Below the pieces are notes generated by a model. That model made no database searches. It saw only the letters and a list, made by a program, of their open reading frames with translations, and was not told the DNA's origin. From Candidatus Omnitrophota bacterium (GTDB taxonomy: Bacteria > Omnitrophota > Gorgyraeia > Gygaellales > JAQTUX01), in NCBI GenBank assembly GCA_028707125.1, contig JAQTUX010000001.1:269639-333638 (forward strand): a stretch of DNA of 64,000 nucleotides, written 5' to 3'. Below are positions 7,710 through 17,114 of this stretch, one piece after another. Numbering within the stretch: the first letter of the stretch is position 1; each line of letters opens with the position of its first letter. The position numbers and the translations under genes were made by a program.

Positions 7710-10421
7710 ATGATAACGCTGGAAGACGTTTGGCTGAAATACAGGATAGCGTTCAAGGAAGGCGCGAGGGCCGTTTGCGAGGATTTCTGGGCGCTTAAGG
7801 GCATAGACCTGAATGTCGGCAAGGGAGAGTGTTTCGCGGTCATCGGAGAGAACGGCTCAGGCAAGACCACGCTCCTGAGGGTGATCAGCGGCATGCTAAT
7901 GCCTGACAAGGGCAGGGTGCGCCTGGGAGGAAGGGTCGCCGGGCTTATGGAGATACAGGCCGGTTTCCATCCTGAACTGACCGGCAGGGAGAATATCTAC
8001 AATATCTCGGCGCTTTCAGGCCTGAGCGCCGATGAGACAGGCGCCTGTTACGCGGACATGGTTGAGTTTGCCGCCATCGGCAGGTTCATCAACGCCCCGG
8101 TAAAGACATACTCCCAGGGCATGCTTGTGCGCCTTGCCTTTGCCATAGCCATACACGCGCGCACCGACATATTGCTGGTTGACGACATATTCGCGGTAGG
8201 CGATATTTATGCCCGGCGCAAGTGCATTAATAAGATGTTTGAGCTGAAGGATAAGGGCCTGACCATTATTTTTGTTTCTCATGACCTGGATATTGCCAGG
8301 CGGCTGTGTAAAAGAGGCGTGCTGCTCAGGGAAGGCAGGGTTATCAGGGCCGGTTCAATAGACGGACTCGTCAGTTATTATCTTGAGACGGTAGGCAATA
8401 AGGAAGGTATAGCCCTGCTGCAAAAAGGGCGGCTGGCAATTATTTTTAATAACGGCAAGCTGATCATCAGGTGGAACGACTCCGCTCTTACCAAGGGCGC
8501 GGCCGGGCATACGGTGATGAGCTCTTCGGGCAGGACATATCAGTCAGATACCGCCTCCTGGATTATCCGGCAGCCGGCGGCAGCCGATGAGATCGTTGCC
8601 GTAGGCAGGTGGCCGGATATGCCGGCTGAGCTTATCTGGAAGATACGCTGCCGCGGCGAAAAGGAATTCAGCTGGGATGTAACTCTGCAGGCGCGCGCAC
8701 AGGCCCGGATAGAGGATTACACGGCCAGATTGATCCTGACCGACGAATACGAGGGCTGGTTTACATCGCAGGAGGAATACGTTTTTCCGGAGGCGTTCCT
8801 GCATGAGAACGAATGGCAGAGCCGCCGGATAGACGATCATCTTAACTGGCTGATAGGGTTAAAGACGGGAGCCGATAGCGGCGAAGGCCTGCCAACGCTT
8901 GTTTTAGACAGCTCAGGCGCGGATAAACAGGGCGCCTGCCAGATCGGCAATACCGGCATTGAGGCCTCTGCCAGAGGTATTCAGTTCAATTACGTTAATC
9001 CGGAACCAGAGCATGCCGCGGGCAGCTATAAGTTTTTTTCAACCGGCGTGAAGTTATTTGAGGAGCGGGACAGGCAGGATTTTGAATGTTATATGGCGCG
9101 GGCAAGGCAGGCCGGCAGGCGCAGGATCATCAGCCGCGGCCCGCTCGCCCTGTGTTGCGGGCAGCGCAAAATAGAGATTTTCCTGCGGGATGCGCTTTTA
9201 AGCAGCGGCGCGGGGCTGGATACGAAATTCATCTGGCAGGGCCGTACCTACAGCGCCGCCGGAGGTAACTGGTCCGTAGAAAAAGAAGGAGATAATTATC
9301 TTGTAGTTAATATCTTTTGGGGGCCCGAAGCGCCTTTTTTCCAGGTATGGAGAATGGAACTGCGGGATGAGTCCGCCATTTTCTGGCAGGCGGATATGGA
9401 AATAAGAGATGGGCTGGAGATCAGGAACAGGCAGGTTGAGCTTTTTCTCAGCGGCCGATATGACAGGTGGTTTACGCCTTCGGAAAACGGCGACTTTGGG
9501 GCAGTGGAAAAAAAAGGCAACACAGTCATACTAAGTAAATACATAAACGATTTTTCCGGCGTAGAACAGTCCTGCCTTATGCCGGCGGTTACCTTCGCCA
9601 ATCAAGACGGCCGCGCCAGAGTGTCGTATATTTCCCGGGGCCAGGACAAGGAATTAAATACGAAGCTGCATTATCTGGAGATAGATCCCGCCGCTGACGC
9701 GGCGCTTGAAGCAGGCAGGCACGCCTTTTTTAAGGGGGCCATAAGGATAGCGCCCAGGCAGGGACAAAAAGGCGTTGACGCGGTTGTCAATAATAACGGC
9801 GCGGCCGCGGCGATAAATTTTAACGGCGTTTCTCTGGATTTCAGGCACGGCAGGATGCGTCTTTTCTATGAAGGCGTTGAATTGACAAAAGGGCTGGGCC
9901 TTTACTCTGCGGTTTTGCATGAAGGCAACTGGCATGATTCTTCGCAGGGACTATGGAAGGTCGAGGCCTCGGACAGGGAAAGGTTCGTCGCCGTGGGCCG
10001 CTGGCCGTGGCTGCCTGTCAGGCAGGAATGGGAAGTAACGCTATTGGATGGCCGCGATATCATCTGGCGCATAACCAGGGATACCCGGGACGGCTTTGAT
10101 CCCGACAAGGAGCAGGTTAACCTGATGCTGTCGGATAATTACCGGGAGTGGTTTGTCCGGGAAAGGGCGCGGGGAAGGTTTCCCGAAGAGTTTGCCGAGC
10201 ATACCCGCGGCGGGTTCTGGGAGCGGTTATGGTCGGCGGCAGCGCAGTCGCCGGTCGGCGCCAAAGGGCCTGGGCTGCCGTCTGTCCTCCTGGACTGTTC
10301 AGAGAGCCCGGTTCCCGGCCGCCTGTGCATTGAGAACACGGACGCGTTATTCAAGGCCAGGGTCCTGCAGTGCGAATCGGCGCAGCAAAAACATTTTAGC
10401 GGAAAGATAAAGATATGCTGA
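7710..10421 (+). CDS. wzt: ABC exporter ATP-binding protein (Wzt/TagH-like) with a ~670-aa C-terminal extension made of three copies of an unassigned module
   Basis: Walker A GENGSGKTT, signature-like YSQGMLVRLAFA, Walker B ILLVDDIFAVGD, H-loop VSHD within aa 1-230. The ATG abuts the stop of the permease gene. The extension (nt ~8400-10418) has three ~200-aa repeats at ~8415-9075, ~9125-9760 and ~9805-10418. Confidence 0.9.
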   Translation: MITLEDVWLKYRIAFKEGARAVCEDFWALKGIDLNVGKGECFAVIGENGSGKTTLLRVISGMLMPDKGRVRLGGRVAGLMEIQAGFHPELTGRENIYNISALSGLSADETGACYADMVEFAAIGRFINAPVKTYSQGMLVRLAFAIAIHARTDILLVDDIFAVGDIYARRKCINKMFELKDKGLTIIFVSHDLDIARRLCKRGVLLREGRVIRAGSIDGLVSYYLETVGNKEGIALLQKGRLAIIFNNGKLIIRWNDSALTKGAAGHTVMSSSGRTYQSDTASWIIRQPAAADEIVAVGRWPDMPAELIWKIRCRGEKEFSWDVTLQARAQARIEDYTARLILTDEYEGWFTSQEEYVFPEAFLHENEWQSRRIDDHLNWLIGLKTGADSGEGLPTLVLDSSGADKQGACQIGNTGIEASARGIQFNYVNPEPEHAAGSYKFFSTGVKLFEERDRQDFECYMARARQAGRRRIISRGPLALCCGQRKIEIFLRDALLSSGAGLDTKFIWQGRTYSAAGGNWSVEKEGDNYLVVNIFWGPEAPFFQVWRMELRDESAIFWQADMEIRDGLEIRNRQVELFLSGRYDRWFTPSENGDFGAVEKKGNTVILSKYINDFSGVEQSCLMPAVTFANQDGRARVSYISRGQDKELNTKLHYLEIDPAADAALEAGRHAFFKGAIRIAPRQGQKGVDAVVNNNGAAAAINFNGVSLDFRHGRMRLFYEGVELTKGLGLYSAVLHEGNWHDSSQGLWKVEASDRERFVAVGRWPWLPVRQEWEVTLLDGRDIIWRITRDTRDGFDPDKEQVNLMLSDNYREWFVRERARGRFPEEFAEHTRGGFWERLWSAAAQSPVGAKGPGLPSVLLDCSESPVPGRLCIENTDALFKARVLQCESAQQKHFSGKIKIC

Positions 10422-13400
10422 AGGGCCTTTTATTTAATAACAGGAACAGGCGCGCGATAGAACGCGCCGGCATAAAAATAGATATTGATGAAGAGCGCCG
10501 CTTCAGGATCTACCATAACGGCAGCGAGCTCAGCAAGCTGCAGGGCATGCGCGTCTGTTTGTTTTCAGAGGGCAGATGGCACTATTTTCCCGCCAAAGAC
10601 AGTATCTTGAAGATAAGCAGGCCCGATGAAACCAGTTTTAGTTTGCGGCTTTACAATAGAACGCTGCCTGTTGTCCTGCATTGGGGAATGGAGCTGGGTG
10701 AGGGCAGCCGGTTGAAATGGAGCGTGGAATTAGAGCTAAAGGGGCCCATACGGCTGGATGCCGTGAAGGCCGTAGTGCTCCTCAGCCGTTCCTATAAAAG
10801 CTGGTTCTCTTATTCCGGCGCTAAAGAGGGCCTGTTCGCTGATAGCGCCGGAGAATTCCGGCAGGAGATCGGTATTGCCGATTCTGATTTTTTAAGCATT
10901 GGCGCGGACAGGCCGGAAATTGCCACGCTGCTGTTAAGGGCGGTTGATTCGCCTTTAAATGTTTCTTTGTGTAACACGGATGATCTGTCTTCCTCGCGTG
11001 AAGTTGATCTCTGCTGCAACGGGCAGAAGGAATTTTATGCCCCCGGCAGGCACTCTTGTTTTCAGGCGGTTATTGAACTCTGCGGGGATAAGTCCGCAGT
11101 AGAAAATATCATTCAGGATGTAAAAGGCAGAAAGAGGCGCGAAGAAGAAGAGGCGCTGCGTAAAAAGGAAGAGGAGCGCCTGGCGGAAGAAGAACAGCGC
11201 CGGCTAGAGGAAGAACGCCTGCGCCAGGAGGAACAAAGGCGCCTGGAAGAAGAGCGCCGAAAACAGGAAGAGCTCAAGCGCCTGGAAGAAGAGCGCCTGA
11301 GAATTGAGCGCGCGCGGGACCGGCAGCGGCGCACGCTTGAGGCGGGTGATTTCAGGATTTATTTTGACTACAATAACCGTTTCCATTTCTACCACAGGAA
11401 TGAGGAGTTTACCAAGGCGCATGGCCTGCATACGGGTATATTTTCAGAGGGCCGCTGGTATGGTTCGGCGGATTCAGAGGCCGCTATAGAGAATAGTGAG
11501 CCGGGTAGATTAAGGATCAATTTCAGGCACAGACATCTGCCCGTTATTCAATCCTGGGACCTGCGGTTAGATTCCGCGGGAGTAATCAGGTGGAGCGTTG
11601 ATATGCGGCTTGAGCAGCCGTTAAGGATAGAGCGCAGGAACGCCTGCCTGTTTTTGTCCCGCGCCTATGACAGGTGGCTTGCGCCTCCGGACGCGGGGGC
11701 GTTCCCCGCGGCATTCGGCCTGCAATGGCAGATGGCCAGCCCTTCGGAGAGCAGGCCGGGCTTTATAGGGCTGACGTCCGGGATGAAGCAGCTGCCGGGC
11801 ATAACATTAAAGGGCTCCGAAGACGGCGGCCGCCTGGCTGTTCATAACGCGGATATGGATGTCTCATCCCGCGTCCTTGAGGAGCGTTTTGAAGAGCGCG
11901 TAGAGTTTTACAAGGCAGGCGATTACTCTTTCTCGCGGGCGGTCATCCGGCTTTATAATGATAACGCGGCCATCGAGGGCGCGTTCAAAGAGGCGGAAGA
12001 AAAAGAGAACGCGCTCAGAGAGTTGCGCAAAGAGCGGCTGAGGCGCGCCGCCGGGCTAAGGCAGGGGAGAAAAGAATTTGAGGGGCTGCGCCTGCGCCCC
12101 GCGGCCTCGCGCGTCGTTATTTACGGCGATTCCCAGGGCCTGCACGATAAGATCAGCGGCGAGGCAGGCGGTTTTAACAGGGCCGTAGCGTGCATTAAGG
12201 CAGAAAGCGGCACAGCCGCGGTAGGTATCTCACGGTTTAATTTCTTCAAGATCCATGAGGTCGTCCAGTTCATCTCTACTTTGAGGAACGCGCGGATCGA
12301 TACGCGCCCTGTCTGCCTGCCGCTGTTTCCGGCAAGCGGTATTTACTCCAGTTTTCTTAATTACATAAAGGAGATCAAATCTCTCGTCGCAGGAAAGGGC
12401 ATCGAACTTTTCTTAAAAGACGTTGATCTGCTCAAACTCCTGCAGGCTGTGTCTTCGCAGTCCAATAGAGATAACGAGAGGGACCTGCTGCGGCTTCTGG
12501 GGCTGATAGCCGAGCATCCCTTTATCGGGCCGCAGACGCTGGTCCTCGACACAACGCATAAATGCAATACAAACTGCGCCCATTGCTGGATACACAACCC
12601 CCGCAGCAAGACGCCCCCCGCCGTGCTCGAATCAAAGATGGACGACCGCCTGTACAGGAAGATCATTGACGACGCGGCAGCCATTTTGAGCGACGAGGTC
12701 ATAATACAGGGCGACGGAGAGCCGCTTCTGGACGACCGCTTTATCGAGATGGCGCGTTACGCCAGGGACAAGGGGTTAAAGGTCCTGTTCTTTACCAACG
12801 GCATACTCCTGGATGAGGCGACGGCTAAATGCCTGATAGACCTGGAGGTCAATGAGATATTCTGCAGCCTGCCCGCCGGGACCGACCTGACCTACAGCTG
12901 GATAAATTCGCGGCAGTCAAAAGACACCTTCCACAGGATCGTCGGCAATCTGAAAAACCTGATCTCCCTGAGGAACGGCTCGGGCAGGCCCCTGCCGCTT
13001 TTGCAGATGACCCACGTGATACACAATATGAATTGCCATGAGATCGAGCAGATGTCCGCTGTTGACGCGGACATAGGCGCGGACAGGGCACGCTTCTACC
13101 TGGCCCGCCTTGACGAGAACATCGCGCATTTAAAGATACTATCTTCACAGGTAGAGGCGCTAAAGGCATCCCTGCGGAAGGCCGCCGCGTTGCTTAAAGA
13201 AAGCAAAATAGACCTGCAGGACAATATTTTTTTCCAGCTGGACAATTATCAGCCGGAGACCGGTTACTGGTCGCAGGGCCGTTTTCTTGAAACGGGCTGC
13301 CCGGTGGGGTGGTTTTTCGCGCTGATATTGGCTGGAGGAGAATTGAGCATGTGCTGCCATATGCGGGTGGTCGGGCGCCTGGGGGAAAGATCGCTGAGGG

Positions 13401-13588
13401 AGGCGTGGAATTCCCGGGAATACAACGATTACAGGGTCAAGGCCAAACATATGCGGGACAATATGGACGCGCGTTTCTCAAACGGCGTCAAGCTTTACGA
13501 TGATTTCTGCAATCATTGCGATACGCATCAGGTGATCTTAAGGATAAACGGCCTGCTGGAGCGATACGGGCTGAAGAAATTCTTATAA
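10415..13588 (+). CDS. Multidomain radical-SAM protein: two copies of the Wzt-extension module, an E/R coiled coil, a linker domain and a C-terminal rSAM/SPASM-like catalytic domain
   Basis: CX3CX2C at 12563-12586 (HKCNTNCAHCW), GDGEPLL, and C-terminal Cys motifs GELSMCC...CNHCDTH. The modules lie at ~10472-11085 and ~11336-11965. The gene overlaps the wzt stop by 7 nt. Confidence 0.8.
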   Translation: MLKGLLFNNRNRRAIERAGIKIDIDEERRFRIYHNGSELSKLQGMRVCLFSEGRWHYFPAKDSILKISRPDETSFSLRLYNRTLPVVLHWGMELGEGSRLKWSVELELKGPIRLDAVKAVVLLSRSYKSWFSYSGAKEGLFADSAGEFRQEIGIADSDFLSIGADRPEIATLLLRAVDSPLNVSLCNTDDLSSSREVDLCCNGQKEFYAPGRHSCFQAVIELCGDKSAVENIIQDVKGRKRREEEEALRKKEEERLAEEEQRRLEEERLRQEEQRRLEEERRKQEELKRLEEERLRIERARDRQRRTLEAGDFRIYFDYNNRFHFYHRNEEFTKAHGLHTGIFSEGRWYGSADSEAAIENSEPGRLRINFRHRHLPVIQSWDLRLDSAGVIRWSVDMRLEQPLRIERRNACLFLSRAYDRWLAPPDAGAFPAAFGLQWQMASPSESRPGFIGLTSGMKQLPGITLKGSEDGGRLAVHNADMDVSSRVLEERFEERVEFYKAGDYSFSRAVIRLYNDNAAIEGAFKEAEEKENALRELRKERLRRAAGLRQGRKEFEGLRLRPAASRVVIYGDSQGLHDKISGEAGGFNRAVACIKAESGTAAVGISRFNFFKIHEVVQFISTLRNARIDTRPVCLPLFPASGIYSSFLNYIKEIKSLVAGKGIELFLKDVDLLKLLQAVSSQSNRDNERDLLRLLGLIAEHPFIGPQTLVLDTTHKCNTNCAHCWIHNPRSKTPPAVLESKMDDRLYRKIIDDAAAILSDEVIIQGDGEPLLDDRFIEMARYARDKGLKVLFFTNGILLDEATAKCLIDLEVNEIFCSLPAGTDLTYSWINSRQSKDTFHRIVGNLKNLISLRNGSGRPLPLLQMTHVIHNMNCHEIEQMSAVDADIGADRARFYLARLDENIAHLKILSSQVEALKASLRKAAALLKESKIDLQDNIFFQLDNYQPETGYWSQGRFLETGCPVGWFFALILAGGELSMCCHMRVVGRLGERSLREAWNSREYNDYRVKAKHMRDNMDARFSNGVKLYDDFCNHCDTHQVILRINGLLERYGLKKFL
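11125..11335 (+). other. Highly charged E/R/K/L heptad-like coiled-coil segment (~70 aa)
   Basis: RKRREEEEALRKKEEERLAEEEQRRLEEERLRQEEQRRLEEERRKQEELKRLEEERLRIERARDRQRR, with internal repeats of (E)EQRRLEEER(L/R)R. Confidence 0.8.
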
Positions 13589-13593
13589 AAGAT

Positions 13594-15798
13594 ATGAAGA
13601 TATCATTGGTAAATCTGCCCTGGAGGAGTTTTGGCAGGGAGGGGGTGAGGGCTGGTTCCCGCTGGCCGCATTTGAAGGCCCGCTCGGAGAAAGAATATCT
13701 GCCTTTCCCCTTTTTTCTCGCCTACGCGGCGGCGCTGCTTAAAAAGAACGGATTTAACGCGCGGCTCATTGACGCCATCGCCAGCGGCCTGTCTTACAGG
13801 CGGTTTTCGCGCCGGATGCGCTCCAGCCGCCCCGACATCCTGGTCTGCGAGACGTCCACGGTGACCCTCAAGCATGACTTGCGGGTCCTGAAGGGCCTGG
13901 GGAGCAAGGCGGAGATCATCCTTTGCGGCCCGGATGTCAATATCCGCCGGCCGGATTTTCTCAGGGAGAACGGATTTATAAAATATGTGCTGTCCGGAGA
14001 ATATGAATTTACGCTCCTTGAACTGCTGCAGCATCTTGATGAGGGCCGCGGCCTTGATGAGGTAAAGGGGATCATATACCGCTCTAACGGCGGCGTGAAG
14101 ATCAATCCCGCGCGGCCCCTGGTTGACCTGGACCGCCTGCCCTGGCCTCTGCGCGAAGGCCTGCCGATGTCGCGTTACAACGATGCCCCGGGAGACATAC
14201 CCATACCGTCGGTGCAGATGATGGCCTCACGCGGCTGCCCGTTTCGCTGCAAGTTCTGCCTCTGGCCGCAGGTGATGTATCAGGGCAGCCATTACAGGGC
14301 CAGGAGCGTCGTGGACGTCGTTGATGAAATGGAATACCTGGTCAGGAATTCGGGATACAGGTCGGTCTATTTTGACGACGATACCTTTAACTGCGGCAAA
14401 GAAAGGATGCTCGGCCTCTGCGCTGAGATCAAGAAGAGGGGCCTGAATATCTTCTGGGCGATAATGGCAAGGGCCGACCTGATGGATGAGGAGATCCTGG
14501 TGAATATGAAAGAGGCGGGGTTGTTTGCCGTCAAATACGGCGTGGAATCCGCCGATAACTCCCTGTTGGACAATATCAATAAGGGTATGTCGCTTGAAAA
14601 AACAGAGGCCGTCATCAAGATGACCAGGGCGCTGGGCATCAAGACCCACCTGACCTTTACCCTGGGCCTTCCGGGAGAGACCAGGCAGACCATAAAAAAG
14701 ACGGTTGATTTCGCCTTAAAGGCCGATCCGGAATCGCTTCAGTTTTCCCTGGCTACGCCGTTTCCGGGAACGGAGTTCTACAGGGAGATGAAGGAGAACG
14801 GCCGGATAATCTCCGCTGATTGGGCAAGATACGATGGAAGCCGCAGCAGCGCGCTCGCCTATGACGATCTCTCCGCGGGCGAGCTTGAGCGCGCCATGAG
14901 GTCGGCTTACAGGCGGTGGGCAATGCACCGTTTGAAAAGGGCCCGTTTTGACCGATTGGGGCTAAAGGCGTATTGCCGCTATTCCCTTGTCAATTCAATA
15001 AATAGCAACGGAATTGTCATGACCGCTTATAAGGTTTCGCGGTTTGCTTTCAGGTACGCGCTTATGCACGTGAGGGAGGCGTTGGTGTCCTCGCCCCGTA
15101 AGATTGAAAACATCGCGCGGGAAAAGGGGTTGAAACTGGGAAGGATGTCCCTGGTCCCGGACGGCCGCGGCCTGAGTTTGTTCTGGGGCGGCCTCAAGTT
15201 GACCCGCGGACGCGGATTTTACAGCTTTCTAAATTTTGAAGGCGCGGATAACGGCAGCGACGGCGCGCTTAAATGGGACACGCAGAGGCCGGACGCGGGC
15301 AGCATTATATTGAGGCGCCTGTATGACGGCGCCGGCATTGAGGAGATATGGAAGATAACCGCGCTGGATGAAAAGCAGATCGGCTGGGACGTGGATATTG
15401 AAATAAAAAAAGAGACGGGTGTGCGGCAGGAAGATATCGGCCTGGCGCTTACGCGCAAATACCGCAAGTGGATAGAAGAATGGGGCGAGGGCAGGTTTCC
15501 CCCTTTGAACGATTACCGCGAAGTTGAGCTCAGGAACGCGCGCAGCGCCGTTGTCGGCGTAAGGGGCAGGAGGGCATTGAGGAATACTCTGCCCACGGTC
15601 CTGCTTGACCTGTCCGCCGGCAATAACGGTTTTCTCCCGTCGGTAGGGAACTCGGCAGAAGGGCATCACGGCCGCCTGCTCGGGGTCAGGCTCGCGCGAG
15701 GGGCCCGCGTCCGCAGATACGCCGCCGGAAGGCACAGGTTGTTGTCGGCCAGGATAAAGATAGTGGAAGAGGATTTCGCGAAGGGCGGGCGAAGATGA
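13594..15798 (+). CDS. B12-binding-domain (class B-like) radical-SAM protein with one C-terminal copy of the Wzt-extension module
   Basis: The ATG at 13594 (MKISLVNLPW) is preferred to the track start at 13516, which overlaps the upstream gene. Rossmann-like N-terminal domain (DILVCETST...IILCGPD...VLSGEYE), ASRGCPFRCKFCLWP, and a module at ~15150-15790 (LSLFWGGLKLTRGRGFY...LPTVLLDLS). Confidence 0.85.
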   Translation: MKISLVNLPWRSFGREGVRAGSRWPHLKARSEKEYLPFPFFLAYAAALLKKNGFNARLIDAIASGLSYRRFSRRMRSSRPDILVCETSTVTLKHDLRVLKGLGSKAEIILCGPDVNIRRPDFLRENGFIKYVLSGEYEFTLLELLQHLDEGRGLDEVKGIIYRSNGGVKINPARPLVDLDRLPWPLREGLPMSRYNDAPGDIPIPSVQMMASRGCPFRCKFCLWPQVMYQGSHYRARSVVDVVDEMEYLVRNSGYRSVYFDDDTFNCGKERMLGLCAEIKKRGLNIFWAIMARADLMDEEILVNMKEAGLFAVKYGVESADNSLLDNINKGMSLEKTEAVIKMTRALGIKTHLTFTLGLPGETRQTIKKTVDFALKADPESLQFSLATPFPGTEFYREMKENGRIISADWARYDGSRSSALAYDDLSAGELERAMRSAYRRWAMHRLKRARFDRLGLKAYCRYSLVNSINSNGIVMTAYKVSRFAFRYALMHVREALVSSPRKIENIAREKGLKLGRMSLVPDGRGLSLFWGGLKLTRGRGFYSFLNFEGADNGSDGALKWDTQRPDAGSIILRRLYDGAGIEEIWKITALDEKQIGWDVDIEIKKETGVRQEDIGLALTRKYRKWIEEWGEGRFPPLNDYREVELRNARSAVVGVRGRRALRNTLPTVLLDLSAGNNGFLPSVGNSAEGHHGRLLGVRLARGARVRRYAAGRHRLLSARIKIVEEDFAKGGRR

Positions 15799-17114
15799 AG
15801 AGCGGCTCACGCTGGGTGAAGTTCAGGGATAGGCTGAAAAACAGCGGCCTGAAGGATACGCTGAGGACGGCTATGCTGGAATTGAGGCCCGGGCGTTTTT
15901 TCGGGGATTATCTTGATGTGCTGGGGGTGCTGGACGGGCTGCACGCTTATAAAGGCCCGGAGTTCGCCCAGATAGACCTTACCAACGACTGTAATAATAA
16001 TTGTATCGGCTGCTGGTGCAATTCGCCGCTTCTCGGAGACAAAAGGATAAGGTCCGGTGATAAAAGGCGGACACTGTCCCTTAAAAGCGTGCTGAAACTT
16101 CTTGATGAGTTGTCCGCCATGGCCACGCGCCATATTTATTATGCCGGCGGCGGCGAACCGTTCATGCACCCCGATATTATGGAGATACTCAGATACACAA
16201 AGCGGAAAGGGTTTGTCTGTTACGTAAATACCAATTTTACCCTGCTTGACGAAGAGAAGATAAGGAAGATCGTAGATTTGAAGGTTGATCATCTGACCGT
16301 GAGTGTCTGGGCGGCAACGCCTGAGGCCTACTGCTTCACGCACCCCAACAAGGAGGGGGCGGATTTTCTGAGGATAAAGGAGATGCTTTCGCTGCTTAAC
16401 CGGATCAAGCGCGGATACCCGGTAGTCAAACTATACAATGTGATCTTCAATATGAATTACCATGAGCTTTCCGCCATGGTGGATCTTGCCGCGGACACGA
16501 ATTCAGAGGCGGTTGAATTCACGGTCATCGATACCATCCCCGGCAGGACGGATAAGTTGTTGTTGAACCCCCAAGAGCGCAGCGCGTTGTTGGAGGAATG
16601 CAGGAAGATTGAACAGCGCAGCGCGAACGCGCATCTTCGGCCGCGGCCGCAGATAATGAATTTGCGGCAGTTCGCGCGCCGGATCGAAAACGCGGCCTCC
16701 TCAAGCGCCGAATATGATTCAGATGTGATCGGCAGCATGCCTTGCTACGCCGGATGGGCGTTCACGAGGATACTGGCCGACGGCAGCGTGAATTCCTGCC
16801 TGAAATCCCACCGTTTCCCCGTGGGCAATATCCGCCAGGAGAGCTTCAAGAAGATATGGAACGACAGGCGCCAGAGGTATTTCAGAAGGAAGGCCTACCA
16901 TCTGGATAGATCGGACCCCTTTTTCAAGATCATAGGCAACGACCCTGATTCGGCAATGGGCTGCTATAAAAGCTGCGATAATCTCGGACATAACATGGAG
17001 ATGCACGGCAAGATGTCCGCTTTGAGCGCCCGCCAAAGAAGATGGCTTGAACGCGCGGCAGGGATCATGAAGTCAGGGCGCAGATATTACTACGGAATGG
17101 CCGGAGGTAAATAA
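15795..17114 (+). CDS. Radical-SAM/SPASM-like protein, 'CxxxCxxCW' subfamily
   Basis: DLTNDCNNNCIGCWC, GGGEPFMH, C-terminal CYAGW...DGSVNSC...PVGNIR...CYKSCDN. Homologous to the catalytic halves of 10415..13588 and 39966..41636. ATGA start/stop overlap. Confidence 0.85.
   Translation: MKSGSRWVKFRDRLKNSGLKDTLRTAMLELRPGRFFGDYLDVLGVLDGLHAYKGPEFAQIDLTNDCNNNCIGCWCNSPLLGDKRIRSGDKRRTLSLKSVLKLLDELSAMATRHIYYAGGGEPFMHPDIMEILRYTKRKGFVCYVNTNFTLLDEEKIRKIVDLKVDHLTVSVWAATPEAYCFTHPNKEGADFLRIKEMLSLLNRIKRGYPVVKLYNVIFNMNYHELSAMVDLAADTNSEAVEFTVIDTIPGRTDKLLLNPQERSALLEECRKIEQRSANAHLRPRPQIMNLRQFARRIENAASSSAEYDSDVIGSMPCYAGWAFTRILADGSVNSCLKSHRFPVGNIRQESFKKIWNDRRQRYFRRKAYHLDRSDPFFKIIGNDPDSAMGCYKSCDNLGHNMEMHGKMSALSARQRRWLERAAGIMKSGRRYYYGMAGGK

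Noticed and set aside
11113-11334. Arg/Ser-rich minus-strand ORF (RRSSSRR repeats)
   Set aside because: It is simply the reverse-complement reading of the GAA/GAG/CGC-rich E/R coiled-coil segment of the 10415 gene.
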